Shown here one piece after another: positions 32,724 through 42,475 of a stretch of 64,000 bases of DNA. A program made the position numbers and the translations under genes. Source of the stretch: an uncultured bacterium (GTDB lineage: Bacteria; Planctomycetota; Phycisphaerae; UBA1845). The notes under the pieces are model-generated. The model saw only the letters and a list, made by a program, of their open reading frames with translations, was not told where the DNA came from and searched no databases. The stretch lies in contig CBDUXT010000003.1 in the NCBI GenBank assembly GCA_965371245.1, forward strand, positions 65,745 to 129,744, read 5' to 3'. The first letter of the stretch is position 1. Each line of letters starts with the position of its first letter.

Positions 32724-34403
32724 CTAGGAGGCGGCGGTAAGTGCGGTTCGGATTTCGCTGAGGAGTTGATCCACTTTGAAGGGTTTGAACAAGACGGCGG
32801 CCAGCCCTTCGCGGCGCGCCCGGACAATGGTGTGATTCGGATCGTAGCCGAACCCGGTCGTGAGGATGACCGGCGTCTTGGGGTTGGCGTCCTTGGCGGC
32901 GGCGAAGACCTCGTATCCGTTTCGTTCCGGCATTTTGATGTCGCTGAGAACCAGGTCGAACGCCTGTCGCTCGATCAACTGAATGGCCACCGCGCCGTTC
33001 TCCGCCGTCTCCACGTGACAGCCGTATCCGCGAAGCACGTCGCGGACGGTTTCGCGAAGCATCTGCTCGTCGTCCGCGATCAACACGCGTCGTCCCGCGA
33101 GGACCGGATCGCGACGATCCGCCCTTCGATGACCCACGCCCAGGACGGACCTTCGCGTGGAGGTCAGGTCGTTGATGATCTCTCGGATTTTGACGGCGTT
33201 CTCGGAGATCGTCCGCAGGCGATGACGCAAGTCGTCATGGCCGATGTAATCCTCCACGAGGTTCTCGACATCGGTCAGAATGTCGTTGACCGGCGCGGTG
33301 ATCTCGGTCATCACGCTGGCACCCAAACGACCCGTCGTGGTGTGACGCTCCGACGCCAGAAGTTGCAACATGTGTAACGCCAGGGCGATGTATCGACCGA
33401 AGATTTCGGCGAACTGACGATCGTCCTCGGTGAACGCGGCCACCTTCGGGCTCTCGTAGTGGGCGACGCCCACCACCTTATCCTGCCGCCAAAGCGGCAC
33501 GGTCAGCGAGGACAGAACCCCATCGACCGGGCCGACGTGGAGTCGGTCGCGCGTCGTGTCGGGACAGAGGTAGCTGCGGCCTCGCGCGGCGACGAAGCCG
33601 CGAATGCCGTTGCCCTCCGGCTCGGCGTAGATCTCCAGGTCGTCTGATTCCATCTGCCGCCCGGAGGAGAGCACCACGTCGAGTTTCCGCGTCGCCTCAT
33701 CGATGACAAAGATTCCGAAGTTGTCGAAATGAAGCAACTCGTTTGTACAGCGCAGAATTTTTTGTTCGAGGAGCGCGAGTCGCTCCTGGGGGTCCAGCCG
33801 CGAGAACTGCTGCGCATCGAGGCTGAGCAGTTCGCGACCGGCCTGATCGATGGCATCGATTTTTTCCTGCAACCGACCCGTCTTGGTCGCGTCCCAGACG
33901 ACGGCCGCGACCTGAGTGACACGGTTGTGCAGATCGATCACCGGAGTGGCGGTGACCTCGATCCGCTGGTTGTCGCCGGAGGAGAAACTGAACCTTCGCC
34001 CGCGCAGGTCCGACGAGCCCACACGGGCTTCCCTTTGCGCCCAGGTGAAGGTCTTCGTGCAGCAACGGCACACCCGAGCGCGAACATCGTCGGAAAAGGC
34101 CAACATTTTCGGATTCGCCCAGTCGAGGGCACCGCTTTCTCCCACGATGCACACGCCGTGGCTCACGCTGTCGATGATCGCCGCGGCCTGTTGGTGGCCC
34201 TGACGATCTTGTAGGGGAATCACGTCGGCGGGTCGGCTGATGATGATGTCGAACGGATCGCCGCGAAGCGCTTCGAGCGCTTCTTCGAACGTATCGACGT
34301 GCCGCACGCAGGCATGGTCGGCAGCCCACGTCGAGAAGTCCGCCCCGCACTCCGGGTGACCCACGAGCAACACTTGTACCGGCTTGACACTTGCCTTGTT
34401 CAT
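32724..34403 (-). CDS. multidomain signalling protein: REC-like / PAS / GAF / degenerate HisKA-like helix / C-terminal receiver
   Basis: The C-terminal REC reads RVLIADDEQM...FDLVLSDIKMPERNGYEV...PVILTTGF...KPF. The GAF-like region reads FGIFVIDEATRKL...LTVPLWRQDKVVGVAHYES. The segment GASVMTEITAPVNDIL aligns to the H-box S-H-E-L-R-T-P-L-N with His replaced by Thr. No HATPase (N/G1/G2) motifs are present. Confidence 0.8.
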   Translation of the reverse strand: MNKASVKPVQVLLVGHPECGADFSTWAADHACVRHVDTFEEALEALRGDPFDIIISRPADVIPLQDRQGHQQAAAIIDSVSHGVCIVGESGALDWANPKMLAFSDDVRARVCRCCTKTFTWAQREARVGSSDLRGRRFSFSSGDNQRIEVTATPVIDLHNRVTQVAAVVWDATKTGRLQEKIDAIDQAGRELLSLDAQQFSRLDPQERLALLEQKILRCTNELLHFDNFGIFVIDEATRKLDVVLSSGRQMESDDLEIYAEPEGNGIRGFVAARGRSYLCPDTTRDRLHVGPVDGVLSSLTVPLWRQDKVVGVAHYESPKVAAFTEDDRQFAEIFGRYIALALHMLQLLASERHTTTGRLGASVMTEITAPVNDILTDVENLVEDYIGHDDLRHRLRTISENAVKIREIINDLTSTRRSVLGVGHRRADRRDPVLAGRRVLIADDEQMLRETVRDVLRGYGCHVETAENGAVAIQLIERQAFDLVLSDIKMPERNGYEVFAAAKDANPKTPVILTTGFGYDPNHTIVRARREGLAAVLFKPFKVDQLLSEIRTALTAAS

Positions 34404-34878
34404 GGCAGGAAGTACCGAATCAACACCTCGTTAACACTCACACGGATTATAGGCGCCCACTCGGCGAATCTCCCACGGCCGGGCTCAGCCCGAAAAAAAC
34501 GGCGAAGCGCCTAGAATAAACCCATGGCGGGTAAGAAAACAAGCGCAATCCGAAATTCCTTTCTTCGAAATTCGCTCGGGGTCGGTTGTGCGACTGCGAC
34601 TCTGCATGGGCCGTCGCGGAAAGACGCGGGGACACGCAAGTCCGGATAACCTCTCGAATGAGTGTGGCGGGCTGCGCTAGCGCCTGCCGGAAAAACGTTG
34701 CACCGGCTTCCAGCCGGTGTTGTCACCGGCGCTTATCCCATCTTAACCAGGGCGCAGCCCGTTCGCACCGACTGGGACCGGGTGCCACACAAAATTCAGG
34801 CGATCTTCAACCCGCTCCCGGGCTGCGGGCGACTCTACCCGATCGATCGCCCCCCGTGACCGGTGACCGCCTCTCGGA

Positions 34879-36051
34879 TCAAGCCCGAGCGTCGGCTCTC
34901 TGCGATACTTCCTCGTACAGCGCGATCATCTCGCGGGTGTGCCGGGCCATGCTGACTCGCTCGCGGACCGCCGCAGACGCCTCCGAACCGTGTCGTCGCA
35001 GCACGCCGTCACGGAGCCGCTCGACCCGGTCGGCCAGCGCATGCGTGTCGCGCGGGTCGTCGAGGACAAAACCGTTCTTCGCCTCTTGGATCATCTCCGA
35101 GGCCCCGTCCCAGCGAGTGGTGATGCAGGGCAGACCGTCCACCAGCGCCTCGAGCACCACGCGGCTGCATGGATCGTAGTAAGTCGGGTGAACGAGCACA
35201 TCGGCGGCCCCGCGAAGCTGCGGGACGCGCTCGCTGGGGCCGGTGAAGGTCAGCCGGTCGCTGATACGGAGCCTGGCGGCCACTCGATGCCACCGGTCTG
35301 AGTCGCCCCGGCCGACCACAATCGATCGGACGTCCGTGACGCCGCGGGCAACGAGCAGTGCCAACGCTTCCATCCACCGCTGAACGCCTTTGAGCCGAAA
35401 GTTGTGGGCGACCGACAGCACCAGGCACTCGTCGTCGGCGACACCGAACTCTCGGCGGATTCTGGAGCGGTCCGCCTCCCGGCGTGCCGGTGCAACATCG
35501 ACCGGGTCCACGCCGTTGTAGATTCTCCGGATGCGGGCCTCTGGCAGTCCGTAGTGGCGCTTTAACTGATCCTCAACATAATTGGAGATCGCCACCACAA
35601 CCGGGCCTTCGCCGGTGCCCAACAGACGCCGCTCGAGCGCAAGTAAGTACCGCTGCTTGAAGTTCAGCCGGTTGGCGTATCGTTTCAGGCGTCGCGTCGT
35701 GGGAGATTTAATGAGCGCAAGGTTCCGCTCGATGGACTCGGTCACCGTGCCGCCGCGCGGCTGGTAGATGTCGGCGCCGCGACACGGTGAGATCGCGTGA
35801 ACGATGTCGAACGAATCGCCGGCCAACTGACGCTCGACACGATGAAAGAAGGTGACACTGCGCCGGGTGCGCGACATGGCCGCCCCCGACATGGTGTGAA
35901 CGTGAAGACCCGGCGTCGGCGAGGGGCGACTGCGCGTGAACACATGGACCTCGACGCCGCGGTCCATGAGATGATGCATGAACTGAAGCGTGGATGTCTC
36001 GGCCCCGCCCCGCCAGGCATCCAGCCACTCGGCCACCAAGGCTACCTTCAC
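34879..36051 (-). CDS. glycosyltransferase family 4
   Basis: GTG 36049-36051 overlaps the upstream stop (GTGA). The N-terminus reads KVALVAEWLDAWRGGAETSTLQFMHHLMDRGVEVHVFT. The C-terminal GT1 motif reads HPTYYDPCSRVVLEALVDGLPCITTRWDGASEMI. Confidence 0.85.
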   Translation of the reverse strand: MKVALVAEWLDAWRGGAETSTLQFMHHLMDRGVEVHVFTRSRPSPTPGLHVHTMSGAAMSRTRRSVTFFHRVERQLAGDSFDIVHAISPCRGADIYQPRGGTVTESIERNLALIKSPTTRRLKRYANRLNFKQRYLLALERRLLGTGEGPVVVAISNYVEDQLKRHYGLPEARIRRIYNGVDPVDVAPARREADRSRIRREFGVADDECLVLSVAHNFRLKGVQRWMEALALLVARGVTDVRSIVVGRGDSDRWHRVAARLRISDRLTFTGPSERVPQLRGAADVLVHPTYYDPCSRVVLEALVDGLPCITTRWDGASEMIQEAKNGFVLDDPRDTHALADRVERLRDGVLRRHGSEASAAVRERVSMARHTREMIALYEEVSQRADARA

Positions 36052-36941
36052 GCTCCACCGCTTTGCTGCTGACGAACTCGCCGCCGCCGCTCGTGCGCCG
36101 CGATGCGCTGCGTCTTTCCAACAATCTCGTAGACCAGGCGTTTGGCCTGTCCATCCAGCTTCCGCGTGCCGAGATAGCGTGTCAACCAGCGGATGCGCCG
36201 CGTCCGCGAGATCAACGCCTCGGGTGTTGAGAAGTTCAGAGCGGCCAGGTCCTTGACGATCCACCGGCGCATCGGCGGTTTCGGGCGGAAGATCCGCTGG
36301 AGATCGATGAGGGTCAAAGCGCCCGCGGTTGGCTCAGGCGTACGGCTAACCTTGGGTTCGTGGAAGATGTGCGACAGATACAGGTCGCGATGGACGTAGC
36401 CGCCCTGATGAAGCCGCGCGACCAACTCAGCCAGCGGCTCGACCATGGCCAGCGCTTGAGGCCGATCCGCCTCGGTCCACAGCGTGACCCATTGTTCGAG
36501 GGATTTACCCGGGACGGCCTCGGTGAGGATCGCGCTGCGAAGCTCTCGCTGTCCGCAGAGCTCTTCGCCCATGGCTACCGGCCTCACACAGGCGATCCCG
36601 TCGTCAGCCAGACGGTGCATCCACGTCCACTCGACGCCGGCGGCGCTGCGGGCGCCTGCACCCGATCGTCTCACCTCGCGCTGGGCGTCGCGCGGCGGGT
36701 CGGTAAAACGTTTTAGGTAGAAGGTTCTTGAGTCACCGCCCGAGGTGAGTTCGATCCGGAGCCGCTCGCGCCAGGGCGAGAGCCCGGGCTTGCCGAGTTG
36801 CCCGTCGTTGCGAACCAAAAAGAGCGCGTCGAGCGAATCCAGCCCGTGGCCGTGAAGCCAGGGCTCGAAGCCGGGGACGACACGGAGATCGTTGAGCGAT
36901 GCGACCGCGCTATTCGACCGCGTCTGCGGATGCTCAGTCAT
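36048..36941 (-). CDS. lipopolysaccharide kinase (Kdo/WaaP) family protein
   Basis: FYLKRF (Lys), then LHQGGYVHRDLYLSHIF (catalytic loop HRD) and LTLIDLQR (DFG-equivalent). ATG at 36941 overlaps the GT9 stop by 8 nt. Confidence 0.8.
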   Translation of the reverse strand: MTEHPQTRSNSAVASLNDLRVVPGFEPWLHGHGLDSLDALFLVRNDGQLGKPGLSPWRERLRIELTSGGDSRTFYLKRFTDPPRDAQREVRRSGAGARSAAGVEWTWMHRLADDGIACVRPVAMGEELCGQRELRSAILTEAVPGKSLEQWVTLWTEADRPQALAMVEPLAELVARLHQGGYVHRDLYLSHIFHEPKVSRTPEPTAGALTLIDLQRIFRPKPPMRRWIVKDLAALNFSTPEALISRTRRIRWLTRYLGTRKLDGQAKRLVYEIVGKTQRIAAHERRRRVRQQQSGGA

Positions 36942-38187
36942 GGACGGGCTCGGGCGCGGTCGCGACGGCACGGACGCGGAGCAGCGAAGTGGCGGCCTCG
37001 AAAACGGCGTCCACCGTGACGCCCGTCATACACTCGGTGTGCGACAGCGGACAAACGCGCTGCTGGCACGGGCCGCACGGCACGTCGATGCGAACGATTT
37101 TTTCGCTCCGGTAGCTTGTGGCCGTCCAATCCGGATGGGTCGGGCCGAAGATCGTCACGACGGGAACGTCCAACGCCTTCGCAAAGTGGCGCGGTCCGGC
37201 GTCGTTACAGATCAGCAGGTCGCTTCGCCGTATCAGCGACTTGAGCCCACCGAGCGTGAGGAGCGGTTTGTCGAGGAGGAACGCGCGCCGCTTCATGGCG
37301 TTACCGATCGTCCGCGCGATGGGCTCCTCTCCGGGGCCGCACGTGACCACCACCGAAGCGTCCTCGGTTTCGACGAGCCGATCGGCGACGGCCGCAAACC
37401 GTTCCGGCACCCAGCACTTCGCGGCCCCGAACCTGGCGCCGGGGCTGAGCACGACCAGCGGGCGATGGTGGGCGATGCCAAGCGTGGCCAGTCGCTCATC
37501 GACCACTTCGTCGCATTCAGGCGTCGTGAACAATTCGAGTCGGTCGCCCGGTGGTTCGCAGCCGATCACTTCAGCGAGGTCGGCGTAGTACTGAACAAGC
37601 GGCATGGGGGTGAACGGCCCCATCGGAACAGGCAACCGCGTGCCCATGCGGACGGTCGCGTGTAGGTCATGGCTCAGCGGACCCGCACCGTGGTCGCCGG
37701 TCGGTTCGCGCGTCGTGTGTTCCGCGGCCTCTGTGTCCGAAGCGCCGCGGCGGTTCGTGACGGGAAGACGATCGGTCAGGAGCATCCCACGTCCGTCGCG
37801 GTCGTAGCCGATTCTCCGCTTCGCCCCCGCAAGCCGGGCGATGAGGGCCGAGCGAAACGAGTTGGGCAAGAGGACGGCCCAGTCGAACCGGCGGCGGCGC
37901 AGATCCCACACGAGGTCGCGGTAGGGCTTGTGGATCGGTGTTCGCTTGCGCTTGTCGGGCCACTCAATCACGGTGTTCATCCACGTTCCGCCGCGGGCGA
38001 GTTCGCGAAGGTTCGGCTCGATCAAGAAGGCGATGTGCGCCTCGGCGAATCGATGGCGGAGCGCGCGGAGGAACGGCGTGGCCATCGCGAAGTCGCCGAC
38101 CCACGTGGGCAGCACGACGAGGATGGATCGCGGATCGCAATCGCCGGGTTGGTGAACTTGTTTCATTTGATGGCTTCGCAGTGCCAT
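36934..38187 (-). CDS. glycosyltransferase family 9 (LPS heptosyltransferase, WaaF/WaaC-like)
   Basis: ILVVLPTWVGDFAMATPFLRAL, LLPNSFRSALIARLAGAKRRIGY, LSPGARFGAAKCWVPERF, ICNDAGPRHFAKALDVPVVTIFGPT and CGPCQQRVCPLSHTECM. There is a ~60-aa insertion after TDRL. An alternative start is at 38166. Confidence 0.85.
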   Translation of the reverse strand: MALRSHQMKQVHQPGDCDPRSILVVLPTWVGDFAMATPFLRALRHRFAEAHIAFLIEPNLRELARGGTWMNTVIEWPDKRKRTPIHKPYRDLVWDLRRRRFDWAVLLPNSFRSALIARLAGAKRRIGYDRDGRGMLLTDRLPVTNRRGASDTEAAEHTTREPTGDHGAGPLSHDLHATVRMGTRLPVPMGPFTPMPLVQYYADLAEVIGCEPPGDRLELFTTPECDEVVDERLATLGIAHHRPLVVLSPGARFGAAKCWVPERFAAVADRLVETEDASVVVTCGPGEEPIARTIGNAMKRRAFLLDKPLLTLGGLKSLIRRSDLLICNDAGPRHFAKALDVPVVTIFGPTHPDWTATSYRSEKIVRIDVPCGPCQQRVCPLSHTECMTGVTVDAVFEAATSLLRVRAVATAPEPVHD

Positions 38188-38280
38188 GGCCTACTTTTCT
38201 GTTACCGAGCGCGGACCTCAGCAAACGTCTTTAGAGTACCAGATGCGCAAGGTCGCTGGAACCCGAACACACGCCGTGGA

Positions 38281-39297
38281 TCACGGGTACAACACCTGAA
38301 GAATCCGAACGAAGAGCGTACGGTCGAGTTGACTCGTCAAGCCGCATTCGATCATCCCGGTCGTTAGGACCGCGATGGTTTGGGACGCGATGACGACACC
38401 CAGGCTGTGCGGCATGCGGATGTATCGACGATACCCGCTGTACAGCGACCAGCTCGTCAGGGCGATGATGATGAGTGCAATCACGGGATCTACGTCTGAC
38501 GACAACATTCCCACCGTCCGAAACCCGAAGACCGCAACCACCAGCGTTGGTGCCATCAGTGTGGTCGAGTAGGCCCAAACGCGAAGCACGTGTGCGTTCC
38601 GCACCCGACAACGCCGCATCGACTGCCGTAGGATCATCAGCGCCGCCAGCGAAGAAGCGATCCAAACGGCAGCCGTCGCGGTGATCGTGTACACGCTCGG
38701 ATCCGTCATCGAGTGGAGCAAGTAGAGAGGTATCTGCGCCACGCTGGGTTTGGGTTGTGGAGCCCAAAGCCAAGTCCGTTGCTCTAGCCACTCGACCATC
38801 GCGGACGAGACGACCATGCTTGCCGCGAACAAGACAACGCCGATGAAGACCATCGCGATGAGTGGACGAACCTGGACCGGATCGTGGAGTTCAACCTCGG
38901 ACCAGAACTTCCGAGGCCGCAGCGCCGCCATCCAAGATCGCGCGAAGGACCGGACGGGCCGACTCCGCCACTGATACTCGAAGAAAGGCTTGCTACGCGT
39001 GCGATAGGCGTGAAGCACTTCCTCCCAGGCGAACCATTCGCCGCACTCCGGACAGCGCGGCTTCTCCAGACCGTAGAGGTGGTAGTCACAGTGCAGACAG
39101 GTCAACTCTTCGATCGGGACGGCATCGGCCCAATCGAATTCCAACCCACACGCGGGGCACGTGGGTTCCGAGCGACCCTTGAGGTCGGCACCACATCGGG
39201 CGCAGCGGACTGCAAAAGGAACCCTTGCCCAGTCCGGCGGCGGCGACGCCATCGTCTTCGCATTTCCGAAACCGGTTGGGGTAGACTCATCGGTCAT
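38281..39297 (-). CDS. polytopic membrane protein with two N-terminal zinc ribbons
   Basis: 338 aa. Zinc ribbons RCARCGADLKGRSEPTCPACG and CLHCDYHLYGLEKPRCPECG are followed by ~6 hydrophobic helices. It is the first gene of the minus-strand LPS-core operon and a paralogue of 62306-63406. Confidence 0.65.
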   Translation of the reverse strand: MTDESTPTGFGNAKTMASPPPDWARVPFAVRCARCGADLKGRSEPTCPACGLEFDWADAVPIEELTCLHCDYHLYGLEKPRCPECGEWFAWEEVLHAYRTRSKPFFEYQWRSRPVRSFARSWMAALRPRKFWSEVELHDPVQVRPLIAMVFIGVVLFAASMVVSSAMVEWLEQRTWLWAPQPKPSVAQIPLYLLHSMTDPSVYTITATAAVWIASSLAALMILRQSMRRCRVRNAHVLRVWAYSTTLMAPTLVVAVFGFRTVGMLSSDVDPVIALIIIALTSWSLYSGYRRYIRMPHSLGVVIASQTIAVLTTGMIECGLTSQLDRTLFVRILQVLYP

Positions 39298-39627
39298 GCG
39301 GCCAATCTCGTCGGTCCGGGCGACACGTGGATCCTCGACACGGGACTAGGCCCAGATTGTTCCCTGGTGAGCGAACGCGATTATAGAGGCCGTGCCGAAA
39401 TAGGCCAAACCGCGCTGAGGGCTTCGATTGGAATCCGCACTCGATGCACGGCGAGTGACCGGGGGTCGGGTGATGGAGCCGATCTGAACGGATCGGCCGA
39501 TCCGCGACTGTACCGGTGTGGTTCCGACTTATTTCGCCCGTGGGTCCGTCGGGCGAGCGTGTCTCTCGCCAGGGTCCAACCCGAAGAGGCGAACGCAGGG
39601 CCAAGAACCGTTCTTCGCTAACTCCCT

Positions 39628-39657
39628 TTGCCGAATTCCTCGCCTTGAGTATAGAAT
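39628..39657 (+). promoter_or_regulatory. candidate sigma-70-type promoter for the polysaccharide operon
   Basis: TTGCCG (39628-39633), an 18-nt spacer, then TAGAAT (39652-39657), about 100 nt upstream of the epimerase ATG. That ATG has a strong AAGGAG RBS at 39743-39748. This is a pattern match only. Confidence 0.25.
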
Positions 39658-39754
39658 CCGCCAGGTGGCGTCCATTCGACCGCAGGCCTCGTGGATTCTG
39701 ACCTGCGCATCGGTGGAGGCCGCTTCGGCACCGAATGGGAACTAAGGAGTCAGC

Positions 39755-40720
39755 ATGAAGGCATTGATTACGGGCGGGTCGGGGTTCATCGGGTCGCACC
39801 TGGCGGAACGCCTGCTCGCCCAGGACCACGAGGTGATCGCCCTGGACGACCTGAGCACGGGCAACATCGGGAACCTGTCGGGCATCCTCGACCACCCGCG
39901 CTTCCGCTTCGTCATGGACGACGCCCGCAACAGCGAGACCGTCCATCTTCTAATCGAGCAGTGCGACGTGGTCTTCCACCTGGCGGCGGCCGTCGGCGTG
40001 CAGCTCATCGTCGATCAGCCGGTCCACACGATCGAGACGAACATCCACGGCACCGAGGTTGTCCTGTCCGTTGCCAACAAGTTTCGCAAGAAGGTCCTGA
40101 TCGCCTCGACCAGCGAGGTTTACGGCAAGAGCGAACAGGTGCCCTTTCGCGAGGACGACGATACCGTGCTCGGCTCGACGCGGTTCTCGCGCTGGTCGTA
40201 TGCGTGCTCGAAGGCCATCGACGAGTTCCTCGGCCTGGCGTATCACCAGCAGTACGGCCTGCCGGTTGTGGTCGTGCGGTTTTTCAACACGATCGGGCCT
40301 CGGCAGACCGGGAAGTATGGCATGGTCGTGCCGCGCTTCGTGGACCGAGCCCTTCGGGACGAGCCGCTGGTCATCTACGGAAGCGGGAAGCAGCGTCGCT
40401 GCTTCGGCTACGTGCAGGACGTGCTGGACGGCATTCTCGCCCTGATCGATTGCCCGGAGGCGCCGGGTCAGGTGTACAACCTGGGCGCCACCGAGGAGAT
40501 CACGATTGCGGGGCTGGCCGACAAGATCATCGAGATGACCGGAAGCAAGAGCGAGAAACAGTTCATCTCCTATGAAGAGGCCTACGGTCGTCCGTTCGAC
40601 GACATGATGCGCCGCATCCCCTGCCTCGACCGGGTGCGCGGCATGGTGGGCTACGAGCCCAAGACGAGCCTTTCGCAGATGCTCGAAGCCATCATTGCGG
40701 AGAAACGAACCTTGCTGTGA
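39755..40720 (+). CDS. NAD-dependent nucleotide-sugar epimerase/dehydratase (extended SDR)
   Basis: Rossmann motif ITGGSGFIGSHL, then ASTSEVYG, catalytic YACSK and RFFNTIGPRQ. Confidence 0.9.
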   Translation: MKALITGGSGFIGSHLAERLLAQDHEVIALDDLSTGNIGNLSGILDHPRFRFVMDDARNSETVHLLIEQCDVVFHLAAAVGVQLIVDQPVHTIETNIHGTEVVLSVANKFRKKVLIASTSEVYGKSEQVPFREDDDTVLGSTRFSRWSYACSKAIDEFLGLAYHQQYGLPVVVVRFFNTIGPRQTGKYGMVVPRFVDRALRDEPLVIYGSGKQRRCFGYVQDVLDGILALIDCPEAPGQVYNLGATEEITIAGLADKIIEMTGSKSEKQFISYEEAYGRPFDDMMRRIPCLDRVRGMVGYEPKTSLSQMLEAIIAEKRTLL

Positions 40721-40817
40721 TCGGACCCTCTTTGCGTAGGGGGAACCAAGCCTGGATCGCCGACAATACCTGGGAACGCCGTGGCCGCCGCGGCCGAACG
40801 AAGAGTCGGCGCCGCAT

Positions 40818-40998
40818 GGGTGTGTGACAGTATTGGCGAGTGGTGCAAATTCATCTTGACGGTGGCAGGCGAAGTCAGAGCCGTGGGCGCAAGCCCACGG
40901 ACACGAAGCGAACGATCACAACGCTTCCGCGAAGCCAGACTGGTCACAGGGCTCGCGCCCTGTGCTCGGATACATGCCCGCCGATTCGGTCATCCACC
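40818..40998 (+). repeat. R1 MITE-like repeat, copy C
   Basis: GGGTGTGTGACAGTATTGGCGAG...CCGTGGGC-GCAA-GCCCACGG...CACAGGGC-TCGC-GCCCTGTG...GCCCGCCGATTCGGTCATCCACCC. It lies inside the operon, between the epimerase and ligase genes. Confidence 0.8.
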
Positions 40999-41054
40999 CG
41001 GCGCCGCGTGGGTAACACGCCATCGGCGCATCGAAGGGCTTGAGGTCCGATAGC

Positions 41055-42443
41055 ATGCTCGGTTTTCTTCTGGTTATCGGCACCTGCCTGGTCGGGTTGG
41101 CCGTCTTGATCAATCCGAAGATCGGTGCGGTCCTTGTCTGGCCGGTGCTGCTTCTTTACCCGCACCTCCTGCTCGAGCGGATGGGTCTCTTGCCGTGGAA
41201 CATCGGCCTCGACGACCTGTTCATCTGTTCCTTTTTTCTGATCGTGGTCGTTCGCCGAAACCTGCTCGGGGGGGTTCCTTTGCGGCTGGGGCTGTGCGTT
41301 CTCGGCACGATGTGCTACTTCGCGCTCTGGGCTGTTGCGCACGCCAGCGGATGGCGCATGATGCCCGAGCTGTTCCCCATCGACGTGGTCAAGCCGGTGC
41401 TCAAGTACGGCATCTACGTGCTGTTCGTGTATGTGATGATCCACACCATCGACAACGAGCGAGACCTGAGGCGCAGCGGGCTGGCGTTCGTCGTGTGCAT
41501 GATGTTCGCCGGCCTCACCGTCATTCTCCAACAGTACTTTCCCGCGCAGATGGCCATCTTCACCTCGGAGAAAGTGGAAACCCTGCGACGGTGGCACGGC
41601 GGCGTGACCCGCGCGGTCGGTTCGCTCGCCGGCGCGAACACCGCCTGTGCGATTCTGGGCATGGCCGCGATTTTCGCCGTGACGACTGTCCGGACTCAGA
41701 CCACGCCGTTGCGACGGGCGCTGCTGGTTGCCAGTGTCCCTATCCTTTTGGCGGCCATGGTCTTGACGGAGTCGCGAACGGGCGCGATCGCACTGGGCAT
41801 CACCGTGGTCATCATGGGCTTCGTGAGTCGATCGAAGCTGTACGCATGGGGCATCGTTTGCATGGCCCTTCTGGTGGCGCTGGTGCGCCCGGCACTTCTC
41901 ATGGATTTGTCGGAGCGCTTCGCGGCCATCTACACTACGGACGTCGGCGGGCAGCTCGATCCCAATGCGCAGACGCGGATCGACCTGTGGCGGGAGTATT
42001 TCGCGTCGGCCACGCCGCAGATTCTGTTTCTGGGTCAGGGGCGACTGGTGCCGATTCTTCTGCACGGCTCCCACCCGCATAGTACGTACGTTAGCGCGCT
42101 GCTGCTGCACGGAATCGGAGGCGTCATCTGGTTCGCGGCGTTCTTCGGCATCCTTGTGCGACGCGGGGTGTGGCTCGCGCGATACGCGATTGAGCCGTAC
42201 CGGTCCATCGGGTCGGGCGTTCTGTGGGGGATGATGGCCTGGGCGATCGCCGGACTGACCCTGGACATGCTGGTGACCCCCTACCCGCGCTACGTGTATC
42301 TGTTCTTTGCGGTTCTGATTGAGCGGAGCTATGTCCTGGCGCGTGAGGCGCCGCAGCCGCTGGCGGAGCAATCACCCGCGGTTACAGTCGCCGGGTTGGC
42401 TCGTTCCCCCAGCGCGGCGCCTTGGCCTCCGGTCCCCCAGTAA
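41055..42443 (+). CDS. O-antigen ligase/polymerase-like (Wzy_C) membrane protein
   Basis: About 12 hydrophobic helices. A loop carrying TESRTGAIALGITVVIMGF is typical of the Wzy_C domain. ATG at 41055; the track ORF starts at TTG 41040. Confidence 0.8.
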   Translation: MLGFLLVIGTCLVGLAVLINPKIGAVLVWPVLLLYPHLLLERMGLLPWNIGLDDLFICSFFLIVVVRRNLLGGVPLRLGLCVLGTMCYFALWAVAHASGWRMMPELFPIDVVKPVLKYGIYVLFVYVMIHTIDNERDLRRSGLAFVVCMMFAGLTVILQQYFPAQMAIFTSEKVETLRRWHGGVTRAVGSLAGANTACAILGMAAIFAVTTVRTQTTPLRRALLVASVPILLAAMVLTESRTGAIALGITVVIMGFVSRSKLYAWGIVCMALLVALVRPALLMDLSERFAAIYTTDVGGQLDPNAQTRIDLWREYFASATPQILFLGQGRLVPILLHGSHPHSTYVSALLLHGIGGVIWFAAFFGILVRRGVWLARYAIEPYRSIGSGVLWGMMAWAIAGLTLDMLVTPYPRYVYLFFAVLIERSYVLAREAPQPLAEQSPAVTVAGLARSPSAAPWPPVPQ

Positions 42444-42475
42444 GCTGCGAGCCCACCCAAGGACGAGAACGGTCA

